A stretch of 64,000 nucleotides of DNA, from positions 186,001 through 250,000 of the forward strand of contig NIVC01000254.1 in NCBI GenBank assembly GCA_002269645.1. Direction: 5' to 3'. Below, piece after piece: positions 26,236-37,296 of this stretch (position 1 is its first letter; the number at the start of each line of letters is the position of its first letter). This DNA is from Macrostomum lignano. Lineage: Eukaryota. The notes below the pieces were generated by a model. That model did not search any database, was not told where the DNA came from, and saw nothing but the letters and a program-made list of their open reading frames with translations. A program made the position numbers and the translations under genes.

Positions 26236-26701
26236 TTAAGCGCACAAATTTCGGTTATTGCATGCTGATTCAGATCTGAACTTCACATAAACATTAACTT
26301 GGTCACAGTCACAATCTTGAATATGCTTGAAATTATAATAGCGATATTTTTCCAGGCACGTATGTTAGTGTTTACACCCAGCTGTGCAACAAACTGTGCG
26401 TGTGTGTTGACAGCCCCCGCATGAGCTGTGCTTGTTATGAACTTTTCGGGTGCAATCCGTATTTTCCCTTGTTTCTTTTTTTAAGTTCTAACAGAAAAAT
26501 GGCATATACTATTTTCTCAAGTATGGGTAGTCTCACTTTCCTAGAGTGACTCACATTTAACCTTGGCGAGCAACTTCATTTAAACAAGATTTAATAACTT
26601 TGCCATTACGGCTATAATTTTCGTTTTGGTTCTATCAAGTTGTGTCCAGTTTGTTCAAGTTTACTTGAACCGAAATGACTGAATTGAGTAAACACACGGA
26701 A

Positions 26702-26719
26702 AACCGGTTTAAACCGGTT
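26702..26719. promoter_or_regulatory. Perfect 18-bp palindrome AACCGGTTTAAACCGGTT upstream of DMGDH
   Basis: Two AACCGGTT sites at 10-bp pitch; identical copy at 43808-43825. Confidence 0.6.
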
Positions 26720-26863
26720 CTTCTGCTGTCTGCCGCAGCAAACTCTTGCCCCTGTCTAGTGGGTTGCTGACTTGTACAGGTTTGAGATTAGTCAGAGTGG
26801 CCTTGAAGTTCTGGGGGGTGTGGACGCGCAGGTCATGTGATCTGTCTTTTTTGCTTTCTTCAG

Positions 26864-26883
26864 AATACTACTGTGTAATCTAG
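26864..26883 (+). other. Probable 20-nt non-coding 5' exon of DMGDH
   Basis: Pyrimidine tract plus CAG acceptor (26861-26863) and GTAAG donor (26884); next acceptor at 27993-27994, just upstream of the ATG. Confidence 0.5.
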
Positions 26884-27054
26884 GTAAGAGTAGTATAGTG
26901 CTTGAAATCCAAATATTTTAAGCTATTTTATTTCTTCTCTTAGTTTCTCCTGTAGCTCAACTTGGCATACCTACTCAAAGCTGCAAGTGTTGATTAAAAA
27001 ATTGTGTTGCGTAGTGTTGAGTAAAAATAATAAGTGTAAAATTTATAGCCTGTG

Positions 27055-27952
27055 CTCAGTCTCAGTCATAGATTGTTTACAGTCTCAGTCATAGATTGTG
27101 TACAGTCTCAGTCATAGATTGTTTACAGTCTCAGTCATAGATTGTTTACAGTCTCAGTCATAGATTGTGTACAACAGTCTCTGTCATAGATCGTTTACGG
27201 TCTCAGTCATAGACTGTTTACAGTCTCAGTCATAGATTGTGTACAACAGTCTCAGTCATAGATTGTGTACAACAGTCTCAGTCATAGATTGTGTACAACA
27301 GTCTCAGTCATAGATTGTGTACAACAGTCTCTGTCATAGATTGTTTACGGTCTCAGTCATAGATTGTGCACAGTCTCAACCATAGACTGTGTACAACAGT
27401 CTCAGTTATAGATTGTGTACAACAGTCTCAGTCATAGACTGTTTACAGTCTCAGTCATAGATTGTGTACACTCTCAGTCATAGATTGTGTACAACAGTCT
27501 CAGTCATAGATTGTGTACAACAGTCTCAGTCATAGATTGTGTACACTCTCAGTCATAGATTGTGTACAACAGTCTCAGTCATAGATTGTTTACAGTCTCA
27601 GTCATAGATTGTGTACAACAGTCTCAGTCATAGATTGTGTACACTCTCAGTCATAGATTGTGTACAACAGTCTCAGTCATAGATTGTTTACACTCTCAGT
27701 CATAGATTGTGTACAACAGTCTCAGTCATAGATTGTGTACAACAGTCTCAGTCACAGATTGTGTACACTCTCAGTCATAGATTGTGTACAACAGTCTCAG
27801 TCATAGATTGTTTACAGTCTCAGTCATAGATTGTGTACAACAGTCTCAGTCATAGATTGTGTACACTCTCAGTCATAGATTGTGTACAACAGTCTCAGTC
27901 ATAGATTGTTTACACTCTCAGTCATAGATTGTGTACAACAGTCTCAGTCATA
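27055..27952. repeat. 23/26-bp minisatellite CAGTCTCAGTCATAGATTGTGTA(CAA)
   Basis: Tandem units; same family as 9410-10228. Confidence 0.95.
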
Positions 27953-28011
27953 GAGATTGCAGTCAGCGCTGGTCGTTAGACGATGTCACGGCAGGTTGTA
28001 AAGAATATTTA

Positions 28012-31000
28012 ATGGAAATGTTCATTCTCAGTAGTGTCAAAAGCATCAGTTGTTCTGCATTATCCTACCCTCGCAGGGCTCTCTCGTCTTCCACAGCGCA
28101 CCAGCGCCAGCACCCTCTGTCCAAGCGATCGAGCAATGAAGCCGAAGTTGTAATCATTGGCGGTGGCATTGTGGGCGTCAGCACTGCTTACCATTTGGCT
28201 AAGGCCGGAGTTAAGGATGTTGTACTGTTGGAGAAATCTGAACTTACCGCCGGTTCTACTTGGCACGCTGTGAGTAGCGTGTTTAGCGTATGGTTGATAA
28301 AATTGCTGACAAAATGTTAAATAAAATATTGAATTTTTGTTACTTTTATCTCTGTGAATAATTTTACTTCAAAAAAAGACAGTTATGTTGATTTTATCTC
28401 GCAGTTAAGTGTTCCATTCCTTTGTAACAGTTCAGTGCCATTCCTTTGTAACAGTTCAGTGCCATTCTTTTGTAACAGTTCAGTGCCATTTCTGTCTAAC
28501 AGTTTAGTGCCATTCCTGTCTAACAGTTCAGTGCCATTCCTGTGTAACAGTTCAGTGCCATTCCTGTCTGACAGTTCAGTGCCATTCCTGTGTAACAGTT
28601 CAGTGCCATTCCTGTGTAATAGTTCAGTTCCATTCCTGTGTAACAGTTCAGTGCCATTCCTGTGTAACAGTTCAGTGCCATTCCTGTGTAATAGTTCAGT
28701 GCCATTCCTGTCTAACAGTTCAGTGCCATTCCTGTCTGACAGTTCAGTGCCATTCCTGTCTAACAGTTCAGTGCCATTCCACTGTAACAGTTCAGTGCCA
28801 TTCCTGTGTAACAGTTCAGTGCCATTCCTGTGTAACAGTTCAGTGCCATTCCTGTGTAACAGTTCAGTGCCATTCCTGTGTAACAGTTCAGTGCCATTCC
28901 TGTGTAACAGTTCAGTGCCATTCCTGTGTAACAGTTCAGTGCCATTCCTGTCTAACAGTTCAGTACCAGTTCTGTCTAACAGTTTAGTGCCATTCCTGTG
29001 TAACAGTTCAGTGCCATTCCACTGTAACAGTTCAGTGCCATTCCTGTGTAACAGTTCAGTGACATTCCACTGTAACAGTTCAGTGCCATTCCACTGTAAC
29101 AGTTCAGTGCCATTCCTGTGTAACAGTTCAGTGCCATTCCTGTGTAATAGTTCAGTGCCATTCCTGTGTAATAGTTCAGTGCCATTTCTGTTTAACAGTT
29201 CAGTGCCATTCCTGTGTAACAGTTCAGTGCCATTCCTGTGTAACAGTTCAGTGCCATTCCTGTGTAATAGTTCAGTGCCATTCCTGTGTAATAGTTCAGT
29301 GCCATTCCTGTGTAACAGTTCAGTGCCATTCCTGTGTAATAGTTCAGTGCCATTCCACTGTAACAGTTCAGTGCCATTCCTGTGTAACAGTTCAGTGCCA
29401 TTCCTGTGTAATAGTTCAGTTCCATTCCTGTGTAACAGTTCAGTGCCATTCCTGTGTAACAGTTCAGTGCCATTCCTGTGTAATAGTTCAGTGCCATTCC
29501 TGTCTAACAGTTCAGTGCCATTCCTGTCTGACAGTTCAGTGCCATTCCTGTCTAACAGTTCAGTGCCATTCCACTGTAACAGTTCAGTGCCATTCCTGTG
29601 TAACAGTTCAGTGCCATTCCTGTGTAACAGTTCAGTGCCATTCCTGTGTAACAGTTCAGTGCCATTCCTGTGTAACAGTTCAGTGCCATTCCTGTGTAAC
29701 AGTTCAGTGCCATTCCTGTGTAACAGTTCAGTGCCATTCCACTGTAACAGTTCAGTGCCATTCCTGTGTAACAGTTCAGTGACATTCCACTGTAACAGTT
29801 CAGTGCCATTCCACTGTAACAGTTCAGTGCCATTCCTGTGTAACAGTTCAGTGCCATTCCTGTGTAATAGTTCAGTGCCATTCCTGTGTAATAGTTCAGT
29901 GCCATTTCTGTTTAACAGTTCAGTGCCATTCCTGTGTAATAGTTCAGTGCCATTCCTGTGTAATAGTTCAGTGCCATTTCTGTTTAACAGTTCAGTGCCA
30001 TTCCTGTGTAACAGTTCAGTGCCATTCCTGTGTAACAGTTCAGTGCCATTCCTGTGTAATAGTTCAGTGCCATTCCTGTGTAATAGTTCAGTGCCATTCC
30101 TGTGTAACAGTTCAGTGCCATTCCTGTGTAATAGTTCAGTGCCATTCCTGTGTAATAGTTCAGTGCCATTCCTGTGTAATAGTTCAGTGCCATTCCTGTG
30201 TAACAGTTCAGTGCCATTCCTGTCTAACACACAGAAAATGTTCTATCAAAACTGTGTCCCAACACGCAGGCCGGCCTCACCACATTCTTCCACCCGGGCA
30301 TTAACGTGCGCCGCGTCCATTACTACAGCATGCAGCTGTACTCTCAGCTCGAGGCGGAGACTGACCAACCAGTGGGTCTGCACACTCCAGGCTCCCTGCG
30401 CCTCATCACTACGCCGACTCGCATGGACGAGGCCCGATATCAGATGTCCCGGGCAGCCTGGTGCCAAGCCGAACAGCACCTAGTCGGACCGGAGAAATGC
30501 TTGGAATTGTGTCCACTGCTCAACATGAGCACAGTGCTGGGTGGGATCTACAACCCTGGAGATGGTCACATCGATCCCTACTCGGTCACAATGGCGCTAG
30601 CCGCCGGGGCGCGTAAGTATGGCGCCGAGCTGTACCAGAACAGCCAGGTACGCGCCACTAGCCAGGACTCAAAAGGTATCTGGACAATAGTGACTGATCA
30701 CGGCGAACTCAAATCCAAGCATCTGGTCAACGCGGCTGGATTTCACGCTCGTGACGTTGGAAAACTGTCGGGATTGGACCTGCCAATCATTCCGGTGCAT
30801 CATCAGTACGTCATCACCAAAGCTGTGCCTGAGGTGGTCGAACTGAAGCGAGAGCTTCCTGTACTGCGTGACTTGGAAGCCTCCTACTATCTTCGCCAGG
30901 AGAAGCAGGGCCTCTTAGTTGGGCCGTACGAGTCTGCGGAGAACATGATGCTCTGCACTGACTGGTACGATAACGGGGTGCCGGACTCGTTCGGTAGGGA

Positions 31001-34000
31001 GCTGTTTGAGCCGGACCTTGGCCGAATCATGCCTCACCTGGAGCGCGCCATGGAGATGGTGCCGGCGATGCAGAACGCCGAGATTCAATCCGTCATATCC
31101 GGGCCGATCACCTACAATGCGGAGAATGCCGGACTGATTGGCCCGGTGGAGGGGCCGCTGAATTATTGGTTGCTAGGCGGCCTTGGTTACGGCATAATCC
31201 ACGGTGGCGGCGTTGGCAAATACGTGGCGGACTGGATTCGTACTGGCGAACCGCCGTACGATTTGATTGAGCTGGACGCTAACAGGTATGGCAGAGTTTG
31301 GGGTCGGCAATTGTGTGTTTAGACTGGGAAACCGTGTGTTTAGATTGGGGCAACCGTTTCTTCGGAGTGGGACAATTTAAAAGTCAGGGCCGCTATACGT
31401 ACACCTTGTGTGACCGCTTACCTTTTTACGCATCCGTGTGCGTGCTCCGGGATGAGCGGATCGATCATCGAGCTGCTTGACTTTTCGCTTTTGCCCCAAA
31501 GCGAGCCAACTACCCAACTAACCATCCGACAGGTACGGCTGGTGGGCCGACCGGAGCTACACGCACGCGAAGAGCCGCGAGACCTACGGGCTGAATAACG
31601 CTGTCGGCTATCCCAAGGAGGAGCGATTCGCCGGCAGGCCAACGAAACGCGCTGCTCAGACCAGCGCCCTGTACGACGAGTTGAAATCGGCCGGTGCCGA
31701 GTTCGGCTTTCACAACGGCTGGGAGCAGCCGCACTGGTTCGGCTTGACCGAGGAGGAGCGACGCTACGAGCCTTCTTTCCGACGAGGGAACTGGTTCCCA
31801 GCGATGCAGCGGGAATGCGAGGGAGTGCTCAACCGGGCTGGCGTTATGGATATTACGCCATTTTCAAAGTTCGAGATTTCTGGTATGTGGCGTTAGGGTT
31901 TGAACTAGTGTCACTCTGAATCTGCCAATGTGTCACTCTGAATCTGCCAATGTGTCACTCTGAATCTGCCAATGTGTCACTCTGAATCTGCCAATGTGTC
32001 ACTCTGAATCTGCCAATGTGTCACTCTGAATCTGCTAATGTGTCACTCTGAATCAGCCAATGTGTCACTCTGAATCTGCTAATGCGTCACTCTAAATCAG
32101 CCAATGTGTCACTTTGAATCTGCCAATGTGTCACTCTGAATCAGCCAATGTGTCACTTTGAATCTGCCAATGTGTCACTCTGAATCAGCCAATGTGTCAC
32201 TCTGAATCAGCCAATGTGTCACTCTGAATCAGCCGATGTGTTGTCACTCTGAATCTGCCAATGTGTCACTCTGAATTAGCCAATGTGTCACTCTGAATCA
32301 GCCAATGTGTCACTCCGAATCTGCCAATGTGTCACTCTGAATCAGCCAATGTGTCACTCCGAATCTGCCAATGTGTCACTCTGAATCAGCCAATGTGTCA
32401 CTCCGAATCTGCCAATGTGTCACTCTGAATCAGCCAATGTGTCACTCCGAATCTGCCAATGTGTCACTCTGAATCAGCGAATGTGTCACTCCGAATCTGC
32501 CAATGTGTCACTCTGAATCAGCCAATGTGTCACTCTAAATCTATCATTGTCACTTTGAATGTCTGAATGTCACTCGTTAGATGCAGGAGGCTGTGTGCAC
32601 CCTGGCGCACCTTAAGCGACATTGTCACACAACCGGCCAGAGACATTGCTGCCCGTTTCGCCGACTCCCCTAAGCAGACACACAAGCGCGCGGATACGTA
32701 CGCAGTCATACGCACAGGCACACAGTCACACAGGAGTGTACAGCGGCCCTTTTATCGTTAGGCATGTACGCTTTACCGTGCCTTGGGGGTTGGCCCTCAA
32801 AGGCGTTAATTGCACGAGCAGAGCCAAGCCGAGATTCCAATTCAGCCCTAAATTAATGTGACTGCACTTGGAATCGAGCCTGGGCCGCTGGCACATCAGA
32901 GCCTGCGCTGGACCGCTGGGCTCCGGCCTCAGTTCTGAATCTGACAGTTGTCCAATGGCCAGTCATTAGAATCCATAACCATAATCCAAGAAATATTGTT
33001 TTTCACTGGGTTTTCTCATTGCATTCAAAATATCAAGGTTTCCAAGCAGAATGCATCTAACAAGACCAACCCTCAAAAATTCTCAACAAGGCCCTCGAGC
33101 CGGTGAATTCCTGGACCTGGTGACTGCAAACCGACTGCCCAAAGTGAACCGCACCTGCATCACGCACATGCTCACGCCAAGGGGCCGAGTGTTCTCTGAG
33201 ATGACTCTGACTTGCTTGCCAGCCGATGATGGCCAACAGAAGTTCCTGGCCCTGACCGGTTCCGGCTCCGAGATGCACGACCTCATCTGGCTGAAGGACT
33301 GGCGACACAAACTCCGCTTCCAGGACGGCGTCAAGATCGACAACGTCACGGATTCGATCGGCTGCCTGTCTGTAGCCGGTCCGCTGTCCCGCGAAATTCT
33401 TCAGTCGTTGACCTCGGAGAGCCTCGATGCGGGGTCTTATCCGTTTCTGCAGGCTAAGCAGCTGCAAATTGATGGAGTCGACTGCTTGGCCATCAGAATA
33501 TCCTACACAGGAGAGCTGGGCTGGGAGCTCTACTGCGGGATCGGAGAGCTGCCCAGGCTGTACAAATCCATCTGGCGGTCTGGACAGCCGCGCGGTCTGG
33601 TGAACTTCGGCTCGTACGCGATGAACTCGCTCCGGCTGGAGAAAGGGTTCGCCATGTGGGGAGCCGAGATGAACTGCGACACTGGCCCATTGGAGGCTGG
33701 CCTCGGCGGCTTCATCAGGCTGGGAAAGTCTGCAGATTTTGTTGGGAAAGCTGCCGTGGCGGAGGCGAAGCTGAAACTGCAACAGGATGGAGCCCGTCAG
33801 TTGAGGATGCTGCGAGTTGACAGTGTTGACGTGGATCCTGAAGGCAACGAATCAGTCTGGTTGGACGGCAAGGTGAGCAAACCGTACCTGGTTTTACTTA
33901 TTTCATAGATTATCGAACAGTTTATAGTAAAATATGAAAGCGAGTTAACCTACTCGCTTATAAAATCATTTTATAAAATCAAATAAAATCAAAATCATTA

Positions 34001-35935
34001 TCCCTAAACAAACAAACAAGTATGATAATTACAGACAGATTAAAAAGTAGGGTTTCCTTGGTTGCTCAGAATCGTGCGTTCGTTTGATGTGGCATTGTTA
34101 TTAACGGAGTACAGTGGTCTATTGTTCCATAGCTAACTAATTTCCGGGCATTAATCAAATCATTTAACTGAGTGGTTAGAACAGAGCAACTAAACAAAAT
34201 GCTATTGTATTTGTACCAGTATTCCATTCTTCATGCGGTACAATGCAGAATTCCCTAAGCTAATCTATTCTTCCTACTTTAGTAAAGATTATTAAAAGCT
34301 CCTCCAATTCATCTGACTTCCTCATAGAGGCATTAATCTTGTATTTGCATCATATATACCGGTAGATTTGTACTTTAGTGTACGGTAATATAGAGATATA
34401 ATGAGTTGGAAATTTTGGCTAAATCGTTCAACCTTAGCAAGGGCCTTGATACATGAATGATGTGTAACTTTTACATGTACGTTTAAATCGTGAAACTTTT
34501 TATGCAAAACCTTGAGTTTAAATCTCACCGAATCTAGATCTATCCACCAAATCTCTATTCTTCTGCCTAAATCAACCTAAATCTAGATTCATCTACCTAA
34601 AGCTGGACTCATCAACCTAAATCTAGACCTATCTACCTGAATTTAGATTCATCTAACTAAATCTAGATTCATCTACCTAAATCTAGACCCATCAACCTAA
34701 ATCTAGACCCATCAACTTAAATCTAGATTCATCTATCTAAAGCTAGACTCATCAACCTAAATCTAGACCTATCTACCTGAATTTAGATTCATCTAACTAA
34801 ATCTGGATTCATCTACTTAAATCTAGATTCATCTACCTAAATCTGGATTCATCTACTTAAATCTAGATTTATCTAACTAAATCTGGATTCATCTACCTAA
34901 ATCTAGATTCATCTACCTAAATCTAGATTCATCTACCTAAATCTAGATTCATCTACCTAAATCTGGATTCATCTACCTAAATCTAGATTCATCTAACTAA
35001 AGCTAGATTCATCTACCTAAATCTAGACCTATCTACCTGAATTTAGATTCATCTAACTAAAGCTAGATTCATCTACCTAAATCTAGATTCATCTAACTAA
35101 AGCTAGATTCATCTACCTAAATCTAGACCCATCAAACTAAATCTAGACCCATCAAACTAAATCTAGACCCATCAAACTAAATCTAGACCCATCAAACTAA
35201 ATCTAGACCCATCAACCTAAATCTAGACCCATCAAACTAAATCTAGACCAATCAACCTAAATCTAGACCCATCAAACTAAATCTAGACCCATCAAACTAA
35301 ATCTAGACCCATCAAACTAAATCTAGACCCATCAAACTAAATCTAGACCCATCAAACTAAATCTAGACCCATCAAACTAAATCTAGACCCATCAACCTAA
35401 ATCTAGACCCATCAAACTAAATCTAGACCAATCAACCTAAATCTAGACCCATCAAACTAAATCTAGACCCATCAAACTAAATCTAGACCCATCAACCTAA
35501 ATCTAGACCCATCAACCTAAATCTAGACCCATCAAACTAAATCTAGACCCATCAAACTAAATCTAGACCCATCAAACTAAATCTAGACCCATCAAACTAA
35601 ATCTAGACCCATCAAACTAAATCTAGACCCATCAAACTAAATCTAGACCCATCAAACTAAATCTAGATATATCTACCTAAACCTTCGCAATAAACCACCA
35701 CTCAAACCCCTAAAAGGTGGTCGGCAACACGACATCCGGTAGCTACAGTTTCAGCCGCGGTCACGGACTCGCCTTTGCATACGTGCCCGCCAGCCTGGGC
35801 GCCGGCACCCAGCTGGAGGTGGATCTTCTCGGTCGTCGCGTCCCGGCAGTGGTGCTGTCGAAACCACCGTTGCTGCCGGAGCAGGCGAGAAAGAAGAAAC
35901 CCGAAGCGGCATCCGTTGGTTCGAGTCAGCAATGA
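28012..35935 (+). CDS. DMGDH: Dimethylglycine dehydrogenase, mitochondrial (5 coding exons, about 874 aa)
   Basis: Exons 28012-28269 (alternative start 28018), 30270-31285, 31533-31882, 33091-33872, 35717-35935; 2625 nt with consistent phases. Transit-peptide-like N-terminus; FAD motif VIIGGGIVG; [18 protein letters not shown] (flavinylated His context); [12 protein letters not shown]; LRLEKGF; [10 protein letters not shown]. The TTFFHPGIN and EERFAGRP motifs favour DMGDH over SARDH. Confidence 0.95.
28410..30228. repeat. 24-bp minisatellite GTAACAGTTCAGTGCCATTCCTGT, in a DMGDH intron
   Basis: About 75 units; source of the 709-aa and 615-aa repeat ORFs. Confidence 0.97.
31910..32545. repeat. 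22-bp minisatellite TGTCACTCTGAATCTGCCAATG
   Basis: About 28 units in a DMGDH intron. Confidence 0.95.
32690..32930 (-). mobile_element. tRNA-derived SINE
   Basis: Minus strand GAGGCCGGAGCCCAGCGGTCCAGCGC..GGCTCGATTCC gives A-box-like and B-box-like (32870-32880) elements without a complete cloverleaf. The 3' boundary is a guess. Confidence 0.5.
34540..35680. repeat. 20-bp minisatellite ATCTAGACCCATCAAACTAA / ATCTAGATTCATCTACCTAA
   Basis: Two variant zones within the last DMGDH intron. Confidence 0.95.
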
Positions 35936-37296
35936 TCTGGATCACGATAGTCATTGTGGTTCATGATGACGATTAGAAAATTGATTGTGTACAGATAGAG
36001 ATAGATTCGTGATTAGATTGGGATATAAACATGATTAGATTGGAATACAATCGTGATTATATTGGGATAATCGTTATTAAATTTGTATATAATCGTGATT
36101 TATATTGGGATAATCGTTATTAGATTTCGATATAATCGTGATTAGATTGAGATAGAATCGCGATTAGTTTTAGATAGAACCGTCATTAGTTCGCTGTTAT
36201 TAGGATTCATTGTAGATATTGACAGGGATATGTTATAATGTCACTTCGTTAAGTACGACCTTTTTGATTGATTTATTTCCTTTAACAAATGTTTGTTTCC
36301 TAATTATAATGTAAATCTTCCATCGGACTCAGTCCGGAAATTCTCGTCACAAAATATGTTCGTTCAATAGTTTATCTATAAGATCTATATATAAAAATAG
36401 ATTTGTGGGTTAATGTATTTATTAGGGTAAAATTCTGTCATTAAATGCCCTTGACAGAAACTGGTGCAGATTTGATTTATTTTTTGTTTACTTTATTATA
36501 CTTCTAAAATTGTTTATAAAATTTGGATTTTGCTTAATCTTGTTCTCATTTTTCAGATCTCTCAGTAATTTCGGTTGCTGCCACGTAGTGCGAGAAATCA
36601 TTGATTTAGTAAATTTTTATGCTGTCTTTATTAATTAATAAATATTATGTTATAAGCAATCTTTTGTAAAATGATCCTGATTAGTAATGCGCATTCTAAT
36701 AAATTAAATTTACATACCAATAGCTACAGTTCTCGTCGTAAATACCTTTTTTTTTTAAATACATCCTTATTTATTGCCGGTGTGTGTTCGTAAAACTGTG
36801 CTTTTTCCGGCTTGAGAATAATTTAACACATTTTCTAATGTTAGTTAAAGGTTTGAAAAAAATAAATTTAAAATAAGGGCAAAGTTTTCAATGTGGACGA
36901 AACAAACAGGGTTTTTTTAAATTTCAGTATATTTATTTTGCTGTGGGGTGGCAGCCGTACAGTCTAAAATTTCACTTAGCTTATACTAGACGTCTATAGA
37001 CCTAGTAATGCTCGCTAAAACAATTTAATGTTGACTGGAGTAAATTGAAAGCAATAATGAATAAGTTTTTTATAGCTAATGTCTAAGAAATGATGAAAAA
37101 ATTAAAACTGTCAGAAACGTTTTAGCTTACTGCGTTTTAATTTGCAAAATTATTCTTGTAGAGTAGAATGACCTTTCTCGAAACTTTTTATCATCGATTT
37201 ACTAAGACTTCGTGTATGAATTTCGCAGCAGCCATAATTATCAATGAGGAAGATGACAATGAAACAAATAAAAAGCAAATGGTTGATTTATTTTTT

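Noticed and set aside
28354-30483. 709-aa and 615-aa repeat ORFs; similarly 15568-16294, 25304-26268, 42371-43222, 50691-52451 and 61431-62177
   Set aside because: Stop-free tandem repeats in introns or intergenic DNA, with no unique domain.
32860-32930. tRNA genes (also 14955-14994)
   Set aside because: The A/B boxes are imperfect and there is no acceptor stem or full cloverleaf; a SINE head is the better explanation.
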